64,000 nt of DNA from positions 128,001-192,000 of the forward strand of contig CAWJPJ010000007.1 in the NCBI GenBank assembly GCA_963844715.1, given 5' to 3'. The DNA comes from an uncultured Phycisphaerales bacterium (GTDB lineage Bacteria > Planctomycetota > Phycisphaerae > Tepidisphaerales > Tepidisphaeraceae). Positions within the stretch are counted from its first letter, which is position 1. Each line of letters begins with the position of its first letter. The notes beneath the pieces were generated by a model. The model searched no databases and was not told the DNA's origin. It saw nothing but the letters and a program-made list of their open reading frames with translations. Made by a program: the position numbers and the translations under genes. This document shows, in pieces, positions 40,069 through 49,516 of this stretch.

Positions 40069-41338
40069 TTATTGCGAGCTGGATTGCGCGGTTTGATCGG
40101 TCACCGGCGTTCCAGCGGGCCAAAAGTCGGAGTACGTGTCCGGCGTGTTTTTCGGATCGTTCAAGTCAAAACTCTTGATCTGAATATCGATTTTCCGCGT
40201 CGGCTGCCCGTCCTCCCCGAAGCGCTGGAGGACGATGTGATTCGGCAAATTCCATGTCCCGACGGGCTGGAATCCGTCGCAGGTGATCTCTTCGATCATC
40301 ATGTTCTTGCGCGTCACCTCGACGCCGCTACAGGCATATTGCTGCGGGCGCGCATAGGTCATGACGCGATTCAATTTCGTCCCGCCCTCGGGCGTAATGG
40401 AAAGGTTCAGGGAAGCGGCATCGGCACCGGGGAACTTCATCTTCCACTTCGCCAGTACGTCCGGGGTGAGCCATTGCGCATCGGCCGGGGCCCGGTAACC
40501 CAGCGCGACGTCCAGGCCGTCGCTGAGGCGGAAATTTTCCGATGTCGGTTTCTGGAGCGTGACTCCTTTTTTGTCCACGAGGATCACCTTGTCGGGAAGC
40601 AACGCGACGACTTGCTTATCGCCCGGCGAAGCGGAATCGTTTGCCTCCCAGTAGGCTCGGTCTCCGAAAATCGGAAGACGACGTGGAGGTTTTGGGTTTG
40701 ATCGCCGGAGACTTGTTCGTCGGCCGTGACGATGAGGCTGTCCAGGTCGTTCCATCGCGCCGCCAGCAGGTCGCGGATGTCGGCCTCATATTTGCGCTTG
40801 GACTCGGGGATGGAGCGATCGGTAGTCGGCTGTGTTGCCGCCGAACCAAGAACGACCGCCGGCGTCAAAGTCATGGTGGGCGATGGAGCAATACCTCGCG
40901 CCGAAGCCGTCATGTCCGGCTGAGCCGCAGCAGAGATTTTGCGCCCCCAGCGGGGGTAGCCGCCGCGACCCCGGGCTGGGTTGCCGCGTTGGACTTGGCC
41001 ATCTTGGATTTTCCGGATTTCCTGGCCGCTTTCGTCGGCGCGGGCGAAGCCGGCGCGGGCTGCGTTGCGGGGGTGACGATTGAAGGCTCGGTCTGGGGTG
41101 TGATCGGCGTGGGGGCGGCGGAATCGGTGTTGTCTTTTTGCCAACTGCTGACTGTGTTGGCGGGGAAGGTGATCGTCCCGATGCGGGTCACCAATTGGAT
41201 GCCGTCGGGGGTTTCGGTGACTTTCCCGTGAAGCACGCGGCCGTCGGCCATGTACACGGTATCGCCCCGGGCGATTTGGACGAGCGAAATCGTCGCGACC
41301 AAAAGACCGAGCGTCAGAGGCCAGACGAGCCTATGCAT
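40069..41338 (-). CDS. Secreted hypothetical protein (indels near 40930 and 40690)
   Basis: Signal peptide plus DTVYMADGRVLHG, low-complexity ATQP linkers, and three consecutive coding-like frames. Confidence 0.55.
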
Positions 41339-41377
41339 ACCTCGCTCCGGCGACTCATGCGTGGCTTCCCCGGGTGG

Positions 41378-42187
41378 TTATTGTCCCACTTCTATGCGCA
41401 CGTACTTTTCCAGAGTCGCGCCTTTCCCCGACAATAGTTTAGCAACCGTCCCCTTGAATGCATCGGGATTAATAAATTCCTGGTCGAGAAGCACCTTTTC
41501 CGCAAAGAATGCGTTGAGCTTTCCCTCGGCGATTTTCTCGGCGATGGCTTGGGGCTTGCCCGTGGCCTTGGCCTGATCGACGGCGATCTCGCGCTCCTTG
41601 GCGACGATGTCCGCGGGCATCTCGGCGCGGTTCAATGCCAGGGGGCGGGCGGCGGCAATGTGCATGCCAAGCAGCTTGATCAGCGTATCGTCGGCATTGC
41701 CCGTCAGCGACAGCAGTACGGCGCTCTTTGGCTTGCCACTTGCGGAATAGACATATTCGCCGATCACCGCGCCGCTCAGGGACGCGGTGCGGCCGATTTG
41801 GACGTTCTCGCCAGTTTGCTGCGCGGCGGCGACGATCTGATCCTTCAACGCCGCATCGTCGGCAAGCTGCACATCGGGGTTGGCCAGTAGGTTCTTGACT
41901 GCCGCGTCGGCGATCTTCGCCAGCGGCTCGCTCTTGGCGGTGAAATCCGTATTGCAGTTCACCTCGACGATCACGCCGCGTTTCTTATCCGGCGACACGC
42001 CGGTGGCGACGCGGCCTTCCGTCGCGGCGCGGGCGGTGATGGAAGTCTTGACGCCCTTCTTGCGGAAATTCTCGATCGCGGCGTCGATGCTGCCAGCTGA
42101 TTCGGTCAGGGCCTTTTTGCACTCCATCATTCCCAGGCCCGTTTTGGACCGGAGTTCGTTGACTAGTTTTGCGGTAATCTCTGCCAT
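41378..42187 (-). CDS. tsf: Translation elongation factor Ts
   Basis: LRSKTGLGMMECKKAL, EVNCNTDF, MHIAA and GKP..IAEKI..GK. Confidence 0.97.
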   Translation of the reverse strand: MAEITAKLVNELRSKTGLGMMECKKALTESAGSIDAAIENFRKKGVKTSITARAATEGRVATGVSPDKKRGVIVEVNCNTDFTAKSEPLAKIADAAVKNLLANPDVQLADDAALKDQIVAAAQQTGENVQIGRTASLSGAVIGEYVYSASGKPKSAVLLSLTGNADDTLIKLLGMHIAAARPLALNRAEMPADIVAKEREIAVDQAKATGKPQAIAEKIAEGKLNAFFAEKVLLDQEFINPDAFKGTVAKLLSGKGATLEKYVRIEVGQ

Positions 42188-42250
42188 TCCTGTTCCATCT
42201 CCAGATATCTGATAGGACGATTAAAGATCGGTGGACCGGAGATTTGCGTT

Positions 42251-43096
42251 TTATGCCGGCTGCGCTGCCACGGTTTCCGGGGGCGCGGGATTCTCCGTGG
42301 GAGCCGCCGTGGGGGTGCCGGCACCGGGAGTCTCCTCGGCGCGGAACGCCGCCCGGGTGCTGCGCCGCCGGGGCGCCTGCGGCTCTTCGCCTTTGGTTTC
42401 CTGGCGGCCGGTTTTGCCTTCGATCACCGAATCGGCGAGCTCCCTGACGATGATCTCGACGGCGCGCATCGCGTCGTCGTTGCCGGGGATCGGCAGGTCG
42501 ATCAAGTCCGGATCGCTGTCGGTGTCGATCAGCGCCACCGTCTTCACCCCCAGCTTATGCGCTTCCTTGACGGCGATGTGCTCGCGGCGGGTGTCGATGA
42601 TCACCATCACGCCGGGAATCCGCTCCATCTTGCGAATGCCTTCGAGGTTGGTTTGAATCTTGGTGCGCTCGCGCATGAGCGTCGATTTCATTTTCTTGGA
42701 ATAGGTTTCGATTTTGCCGGTTTCCCAGAGGCCTTCGAGTTCGGCCAGGCGACTCAGGCGGGCGCGAATGGTTCGGAAATTGGTCAGCGTTCCGCCCAGC
42801 CAGCGTTCGGAGACGTAATGCATTCCGCAGCGATTGGCCTCGTCCTGCACGACGTGCATCGCCTGCCTCTTGGTGCCCACGAAGAGCACGTCTTTGCCGC
42901 CGGCGACGGTTTGCTGGACCAGCTTCTTCGCGCGAAGGAGGCCCTTGAGGGTCTCCCTCACGTCGATGATGTGGATCATGTTGCGCTTGCCGATGATGTA
43001 CGGCTCCATTTTGGGATTCCATCGCGAGACGCGATGTCCGAAATGGACGCCGGCATCGACCAGCGCTTTAACCAACTCTGCCTGGGACTGAGCCAT
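42251..43096 (-). CDS. rpsB: 30S ribosomal protein S2
   Basis: [28 protein letters not shown] and IPGNDDA. ATG at 43096 with GGAG SD. Confidence 0.97.
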   Translation of the reverse strand: MAQSQAELVKALVDAGVHFGHRVSRWNPKMEPYIIGKRNMIHIIDVRETLKGLLRAKKLVQQTVAGGKDVLFVGTKRQAMHVVQDEANRCGMHYVSERWLGGTLTNFRTIRARLSRLAELEGLWETGKIETYSKKMKSTLMRERTKIQTNLEGIRKMERIPGVMVIIDTRREHIAVKEAHKLGVKTVALIDTDSDPDLIDLPIPGNDDAMRAVEIIVRELADSVIEGKTGRQETKGEEPQAPRRRSTRAAFRAEETPGAGTPTAAPTENPAPPETVAAQPA

Positions 43097-43272
43097 AGAT
43101 GAACTCCAAAGCTTTCGGCCGAAAGGGGCCGACAGCCCGTGCCGCGGTGATGGCCAAGACATCCTCCGCCGCCCTGGGGCTTACGCTTGATAACGAGATT
43201 TTAGACGAGGACCCGTGTCGCGCGGCTCCAATGCCGGCATTCGCGGGCGGCTCCTGGCGAGCCAAGCCTCGT

Positions 43273-43301
43273 AATCTATTCCAAAACCCCCAATGTTGCA
43301 A
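43273..43301 (-). promoter_or_regulatory. Sigma70-type promoter for rpsB-tsf
   Basis: TTGCAA-N17-TAGATT on the minus strand. Confidence 0.55.
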
Positions 43302-43344
43302 GAATCAATGCGTCAGCCATCAAAATCAACTTTTGCGCAACGGC

Positions 43345-43950
43345 TTACATTTTTTGCCGTCCGCTGATCGCGTCGGCGAGGATATTTTTGTTCGCGTATT
43401 CGATGCTGCTTCCCGCCGGGAGCCCGCGGGCCAGGCGGGTGACCTGAATCTGCGGGAATTTCTCGGCGATCAGGTTCTGGATGTACAGAGCGGTGCCGTC
43501 GCCATCGACGGTTGGATTCGTCCCCATGATTACTTCACGGATGGTTCCCTGAGCCAGGCGCTTGACCAGGGCATCGATGGTCAGATCCTGCGGATGCGAT
43601 TCCTCAAGCGGCGCGATCCGGCCGAGCAATACGTGATAAACCCCTTTGTAAAGGCCGGTGGATTCCAGGGCCAGCAGGTCCTTTGGCTGCTCGACGATGC
43701 ACACCAGGGCCTGATCGCGGCCCGGATCGGCGCAAATCGAGCACGGGTCCTGCTCGGTTAAGTTATAGCAAATCCCGCAATGACGAATTCGCGTTTTGAC
43801 TTCCCGGATGGCGTCGGCAAGCTTCATCGCCTCCTGGGGGCTCTCCTTCAGGAGATAAAACGCGATCCGCTCCGCGGACCGAGCCCCAATCCCCGGCAGG
43901 CGGGAGAGTTCGTCCATGAGGGTCTGGATGCTTTTGGTGTAGGCGCTCAT
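43345..43950 (-). CDS. recR: Recombination mediator RecR
   Basis: LPGIG.RSAERIA, C4 Zn finger, YHVL.G, NPTVDGDGTA and RLARGLP.G. Confidence 0.97.
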   Translation of the reverse strand: MSAYTKSIQTLMDELSRLPGIGARSAERIAFYLLKESPQEAMKLADAIREVKTRIRHCGICYNLTEQDPCSICADPGRDQALVCIVEQPKDLLALESTGLYKGVYHVLLGRIAPLEESHPQDLTIDALVKRLAQGTIREVIMGTNPTVDGDGTALYIQNLIAEKFPQIQVTRLARGLPAGSSIEYANKNILADAISGRQKM

Positions 43951-43959
43951 TGCCTGGGA

Positions 43960-44376
43960 TTATAGACGCCCGCGCCGTTTATGTGACTTTTTCGTCGCGT
44001 GCGAACGCAGGTATTCCGCTATTTGAGTTTTTTCGGCCTTACTTTGCGCGACGTCGAGCACAAGATTGCTAAAGGCCGGTTCGTCGGGCCGGATTTCAAT
44101 TCCATTCATATCCAGGAACACCAACGCGGCGACTGTTCCGGCTCGTTTGTTGCCGTCGATGAAGGGGTGGTTCTTCACGATGTGAAACAAGTAGGCGGCC
44201 GCCATTTCGAAAAGGTCATCGTGCAGGAATTGGCCCCCGAAGGTGGCTGCCGGCGCGTGAACGGCCGATTCGAGCAAGGCGGCGTCGCGAATTCCCGCAC
44301 TTCCCCCATTACGACGAATCTGGTCCGCGTGAATTTCTATCGCTTGATCGACGGTGAGGAGGATGCGGGCTTTCAT
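43960..44376 (-). CDS. doc: Doc-family (Fic) type II toxin
   Basis: GG..GIRD..LLESA and NHPFIDGNKRAG. Confidence 0.92.
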   Translation of the reverse strand: MKARILLTVDQAIEIHADQIRRNGGSAGIRDAALLESAVHAPAATFGGQFLHDDLFEMAAAYLFHIVKNHPFIDGNKRAGTVAALVFLDMNGIEIRPDEPAFSNLVLDVAQSKAEKTQIAEYLRSHATKKSHKRRGRL

Positions 44377-44603
44377 TCCGCAAGCCGTTTGAGGGTTTTG
44401 GCGTGCCTGTCGCTGACGCGCTTCAGCGAGGCGCGAAATCTTTTTACCTCCGCGGGATCGGTCACCGGCTGGATGATCAGACGGCGCCCGTCATCGGTTG
44501 AGATATCCAAAGGCTGCTCGGCGTCGATACGCACGAGGTCGAGAATCGGCCGATCAAGCACCAGCGCCAGCGAGTTGCCGTGTTTAACCAATTTTTTATG
44601 CAC
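44373..44603 (-). CDS. AbrB/MazE-type antitoxin
   Basis: KKLVKHGNSLALVLDRPIL. Overlaps the toxin start by 4 nt. GTG start with GGAG SD. Confidence 0.88.
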   Translation of the reverse strand: MHKKLVKHGNSLALVLDRPILDLVRIDAEQPLDISTDDGRRLIIQPVTDPAEVKRFRASLKRVSDRHAKTLKRLAE

Positions 44604-44622
44604 AAAAACTCCGGTTGCTAAA

Positions 44623-44640
44623 ATGGTATCGGTATACCAT
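44623..44640. promoter_or_regulatory. Palindromic operator candidate for TA autoregulation
   Basis: ATGGTAT-CGGT-ATACCAT, about 20 nt upstream of the antitoxin start. Confidence 0.55.
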
Positions 44641-44678
44641 CGTATCAACATTGGTAAACCGGATCAAGATTTGAATGT

Positions 44679-45733
44679 TTACCCCGCCGCTTTGGCGGGG
44701 GCGCGGCGGGTGGATTCGGCGGTGATGCCCTGGGAGCGGAATTTCTCGTAGCGGCGTTCGAGCAAGTTGTCGATCTTGAAACGCTTTAATTCCCGCAGGT
44801 TTTTGGCGACGTACTGCTCTAGATTGTGCGCGGCCGTGCGGGCATCGCGGTGGGCGCCGCCGAGGGGTTCGGAGATGACCGCGTCGATGACCCCCAGTTG
44901 CTTCAACGATCCGCTGGTGAGTTTCAGGCTGTCCGCCAGTTGGGCCGCTCCGTCGTTGTCCTTAAACAGGATTGCCGAGCACGCCTCGGGGCTGATGACC
45001 GAATACCACGCGAATTGCATCATGGCGACGCGATCGGCGACGCCGATGCCCAGCGCCCCGCCGCTGCCCCCTTCGCCGAGGACGACGCTCAGGATCGGCG
45101 TCCGCAGTCTCGACATCTCGAGCAGATTCCTGGCGATGCTCTCTGCCTGCCCGCGCTCTTCAGCGCCGATGCCGGGGTAAGCGCCGGGGTGTCGATCAGT
45201 GTCACGACCGGCAGCTCGAACTTCTCGGCCAGCTTCATGCAGCGGAGAGCTTTGCGATACCCCTCGGGATGGGCCAGGCCGAACGAGCATTTTACTTTTT
45301 CCTTGGTGTCCCGCCCCTTGTGATGCCCGATGAGGACGACCTTTTGCCCGCCGAGTCGGGCCAGGCCGCACAGGATTGCGCAGTCGTCGCCGAAATGGCG
45401 GTCGCCGTGCAGTTCGCGGAATTCCGGGCAGATCATGTCCACATAGTCCCGGAACTGGGGCCGCTGGGGATGCCGGGCCACCTGAACCGTTTCCCAGGCG
45501 CTTAGATTGTCGTAGGTCTTGCGAAGCAGGGAGGTGTGATTCGTCCGAAGCTGGCGAAGCTCCTTGGAGTAGTCGATCTGCCTTTGCTGCTGAAGGGCTT
45601 CAAGTTCCTGGATTTGCCGCTCGAGCTGCCCAAGAGGCTTCTCGAAATCCAGCAGATGCCGGGCGGCTGATGCGCCGTTGGCGGAACCGTTGCCGGTATT
45701 GGTTTCAGACGAGACCAACGATGAATCGGGCAT
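44679..45733 (-). CDS. accA: Acetyl-CoA carboxylase carboxyltransferase alpha (one C missing at 45186-45189)
   Basis: LDFEKP, ARHPQRP, ELHGDR, PEGYRKA, DT(PGAYPG), EERGQ, GEGGSGGA, YSVISPE and EPLGGAH. Confidence 0.95.
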
Positions 45734-45745
45734 AATTCCGACCAA

Positions 45746-45907
45746 GAAGCCCCGAGGGGCTCCTTCCTGATTCAACCTCTGCGAGCTTGGGATTCCCTCG
45801 TTGAACTCATATCGACTTCCGCCGATCGTCCATCTGGGCGGTCAGATAGCGGCAAGAGGTTAGACTTACGCAGATCGATTATCAAGAGACCGGAACTTGA
45901 ATCGCAG
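45746..45907 (-). ncRNA. Candidate structured ncRNA, rod-like and 6S-like
   Basis: Nested complementary segments span 45767-45907, with a 3' GC hairpin. Folded by hand only; strand not certain. Confidence 0.4.
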
Positions 45908-46056
45908 CCATTGGACAGCGCAAATCAATGTGTAACTCAATGTAAACAAATTACTTACGGCCATGTCTATTCGATGCCGCGGACCTGTAAGACTGGCCAC
46001 ACAGTTGACAGCCAACGGCCTGCTTTTTTCGTTTCGCCCGGCTCTGGACGATATGA

Positions 46057-47478
46057 TTGGGCCGCTTCGGAGGGTTCATTTTGCGAACCATTTTCGCAGC
46101 CTTTATCGGGATCACATTCGCCGTTGCTACCGCTTTGGGTCAGGGCGTCCCGGGCGTATCCGAACCTGATCCGCGCGAAATACCAGTCCCTCCCATCCAA
46201 ACGGCGCTGGGCGACATGCCGGGTGTGAACGATCTTCCCGACCGGCCCGAGATGCCGGATGTTTTGACGATGAACGACGGGACGCCGGTGAGCACGCCTG
46301 ACCAGTGGGACGCCCGCCGGCGGGAGATGAAGCGAATCCTGGAGTATTACGCCGTAGGGCTGGCCCCGCCGCCACCTGAAAATGTGAAGGGAGTCGAAGT
46401 TAAATCCCTCTCCCTCGATGGCGGGCGTGTGAAATATCGCCTGGTGCACCTGACCTTCGGCCCGAACGAGAGCCTCAGTCTGGACGTGGGGATTTTCGCT
46501 CCCGTGACGGATCATCCGGTCCCCGCGGTGATCGTGATCGGCCAGCAACCACCACTGGCGACCCCGCTCAAGCGCCTGGGATGGGGTCTCACGCAGGGAA
46601 AGAATCAGGATGTGCTACTGATCGTAGGGGCATCGACCCAGCCGTCGATTCCTCGATCGCGGAGCAAGATGTTCCCAACCGATCCGGAAGACATCGCCGA
46701 GCAGAACCCCGCCTTGCAGCATGGCTTTGCATTTATCGTCTTCAATAACAGCGATTGCGGCGAAGACACGACTCTGCGGAATCTGGATGGAAGCTGGGCT
46801 TTTCGAAACACGCGATTTTTCCCCGCGTATCCGGGTTATGACTGGGGCCTGCTTCGCGCCTGGGCGTGGGGGGTCTCGCGGATCGTGGACTATCTGCAAA
46901 CCGATCCCCAGATCGACGCCAGAAAGCTGATCATCACCGGCGTATCGCGCTGTGGGAAAGGCGCGCTGGTGGCCGGGGCGTTCGACGATCGCATCGCCAT
47001 GGTCGTCCCGGTCGCCAGTTCCGGGGGTGGCACGCCCGCCTTCCGGTTCAGCGGGGCCGAACGCGGCGGCGAGGAAGGCCTTAGCGAGATGATGCGGAAA
47101 TACCCCAATTATTTTTCGCAGCATCTGCACGAATTCTGGGGCCAGCCGGACAAACTCCCGTTCGACAATCACTGGTACATTGCCTTGGCGGCACCCCGTC
47201 CGTTTATCGCTCTGGAAGGCTCGCACGACCAGAATGTGAACGTCGATGGGGTCCGGGAATCCCTGATTCACGCCCGGCCCGCCTTCGATCTTTTGCATGC
47301 GGGGGACCATTTAGGTGTGAATTGGGCTGACCGACCGCACGGAATGGTAAAAGGCGACTGGGACGCCATGCTCGATTTCGCCGATAAATTCCTGATGGGA
47401 AAGGAGGTTGATCGTTCGTTCGATCAATTCCCGCCGGTCGAACCGGCGACTCAGATGAGCCCCGATTCAGGTCAATGA
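46057..47478 (+). CDS. CE15-like glucuronoyl esterase (alpha/beta hydrolase), secreted
   Basis: WG.L.AWAWGVSR..DYL, the nucleophile motif GVSRCGK, AGAFDDRIA, SGGGG and LPFD.H...AL.APRP. Confidence 0.85.
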   Translation: MGRFGGFILRTIFAAFIGITFAVATALGQGVPGVSEPDPREIPVPPIQTALGDMPGVNDLPDRPEMPDVLTMNDGTPVSTPDQWDARRREMKRILEYYAVGLAPPPPENVKGVEVKSLSLDGGRVKYRLVHLTFGPNESLSLDVGIFAPVTDHPVPAVIVIGQQPPLATPLKRLGWGLTQGKNQDVLLIVGASTQPSIPRSRSKMFPTDPEDIAEQNPALQHGFAFIVFNNSDCGEDTTLRNLDGSWAFRNTRFFPAYPGYDWGLLRAWAWGVSRIVDYLQTDPQIDARKLIITGVSRCGKGALVAGAFDDRIAMVVPVASSGGGTPAFRFSGAERGGEEGLSEMMRKYPNYFSQHLHEFWGQPDKLPFDNHWYIALAAPRPFIALEGSHDQNVNVDGVRESLIHARPAFDLLHAGDHLGVNWADRPHGMVKGDWDAMLDFADKFLMGKEVDRSFDQFPPVEPATQMSPDSGQ

Positions 47479-48799
47479 GCATGAGATTTGTGCGATTCCT
47501 CCCGCTGCTGCTTTTGGTTTTGATTGGATGTGCGACGACGCCGATCCCCATCAGCGTCCGCGAGCAAGGCGCGATCGGCGACGGCTACGCCCGCGACACC
47601 GCCGCCTTCCAAAAGGCGATCGATCTATGCGCTTCGGCGGGCGGCGGGGTAGTCGACGTGCCGCCGGGCGACTATCTGATCGGGAGCATCGAACTGAAAT
47701 CCAACACGACCCTGCAACTGGCCAAAGGCGCCAATCTCCTCGGCAGCCCCAATCTTGAGGATTACCTCGTCGTGCGCTCGCGATGGGAAGGGGAATGGGT
47801 CGATGCCCACCGCGGGTTGATTTACGCCAAGGATGCCCACCACATCGCCATCCTCGGCCCGGGCCATATCGCCGCCAGCTCGATGCTGGGCGGGCGCAGA
47901 TGCCGCGCCGGCCGGTCGTGATCGAGCCGATCGATTGCAACGACGTTCTCCTCGACGGCTTTTCCGTCCAGCAGCGCCGCATGTGGACCATCCACCCGCT
48001 GGAGTGCGAAAACGTCGTCGCCACGAATTTGTACATCCGCACTTCCACGGGCAACGGGGACGGCATCGACGTCGATTCCTGCAAACACGTCCGCATCGAT
48101 CACTGCGACATCGACACCGGCGACGACTGCATCGCCCTCAAATCCGGCCGCGGCCTGGGGGCCTTTCGCGAAGGCAAACCGACCGAGGATGTTCTCATCT
48201 CGAACTGCCTGCTCGGCGACAGCATTTTTGCCTGCATTGGGATCGGAAGCGAAACGTCGGGCGGAATCCGCGACGTCCGGATCGAACATTGCACCTTCAC
48301 CCACGCCCACACCTTTTCGATCTATATCAAGAGCCACATCGGCCGAGGCGCGTCGATCGAGGATATCTTCGCGACCGACCTCGCGGTGCGCGGCGCCACC
48401 GGCGGATTCCTGCGCATCAATCTGACCGGCAGCGGGACCGCCGGGAACGACGCCGTCGCGGGAGATCTGGGAATCCCCTCCGGAAAGAATTTCATTTTTT
48501 CCGACATCGACCTCGAGCAGTGCGGCGCGCTGGTTCACGCGACTTCCATCTCGCCGATCAAGCCGCTTGACGGGCTGTCGATTTCCAATATCACCGGGGA
48601 ATGCCAAATAGGAATGGCCCTGGCAAACATCGTCAACGCGGATATGGACGATATCGATGTGAAGATCGCTTCGGGGCCGCTTTTTTCGATCTGGAACGTC
48701 AAAGGCGCGGGTCTGGAGAACGCGGCGACGGTGCAGCCGGCTTCGGAGCCGGCGGTCCCCCATCGATTAGTCCGTCCGGGGACGGATATATCCCAGTGA
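47475..48799 (+). CDS. GH28 polygalacturonase-family lipoprotein (indel near 47895)
   Basis: Lipobox LIGC, GA.GDG...DT.AFQ.AID, NGDGID, TGDDCIALKSG, IGSE.SG and YIKS. Confidence 0.88.
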
Positions 48800-48812
48800 T
48801 TTCGAGTTTCGG

Positions 48813-48841
48813 TTGTACGAATTCGGAGCATTGACTAAAAT
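48813..48841 (+). promoter_or_regulatory. Sigma70-type promoter for tRNA-Gly
   Basis: TTGTAC-N17-TAAAAT. Confidence 0.6.
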
Positions 48842-48853
48842 TCCAGATCGCCT

Positions 48854-48926
<73 letters not shown>

Positions 48927-48928
48927 TT

Positions 48929-49516
48929 TTGCAGCCGTTGCAGCCCAGTTCACCGCAGCTTACCGAAGAGCATCTCCGCCAGTTGGCCGCCGCGCGGGTT
49001 TTGAGCCGCAAGATCAACCGCGCCGCCTCCGTCGCGCGGTTCGACGGGTGGACGATTGCCGTCTTCGGCGGCGTCAGCGTCCTGTTCGGATTCATGGACA
49101 TCACGTCGTTGCTCATCGGCGCCGTGATGTGCACCATCGCTTTTTTCGAATTGCGCGCCGCCGACAGGTTGCGCCGGCTGGACCCATCGGCGATTCGCGT
49201 CCTCGTCATCGACCAAGCCGTGCTCGGATCGCTGCTGATCATTTATTCGGTTTGGAGCTTGGTGTCCGTTACGAACGGGTCGAGCCTGGCGAGCGTCCAA
49301 TCCCAGGATCCGCAGGTCGCCCAGTTGCTCGCAAGCTCCCAGGGATTCGTTCAATCCATTACCGCCATCGTTTACGGTGCTTTGATCGCCGTCGCCGTCG
49401 GTGGGTGCGGCGGCATGATCCTCTACTATCTCTCCCGGCGCAGACATCTTCAGGAATATCTGCAAAAGACCCCGCAGTGGATCATCGCAATGCAGGCGAC
49501 GGGCGTGACGCTTTAG
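48929..49516 (+). CDS. Integral membrane hypothetical protein (about 4 TM helices)
   Basis: Hydrophobic segments. The start must lie after the tRNA (TTG at 48929 or 48938). Confidence 0.65.
   Translation: MQPLQPSSPQLTEEHLRQLAAARVLSRKINRAASVARFDGWTIAVFGGVSVLFGFMDITSLLIGAVMCTIAFFELRAADRLRRLDPSAIRVLVIDQAVLGSLLIIYSVWSLVSVTNGSSLASVQSQDPQVAQLLASSQGFVQSITAIVYGALIAVAVGGCGGMILYYLSRRRHLQEYLQKTPQWIIAMQATGVTL

Noticed and set aside
44679..45733. accA (and other split genes) as pseudogenes or programmed frameshifts
   Set aside because: Both halves are fully conserved, the breaks lie in homopolymer or GC-dinucleotide runs, and the same defect hits a tRNA. Sequencing error is the simpler explanation.
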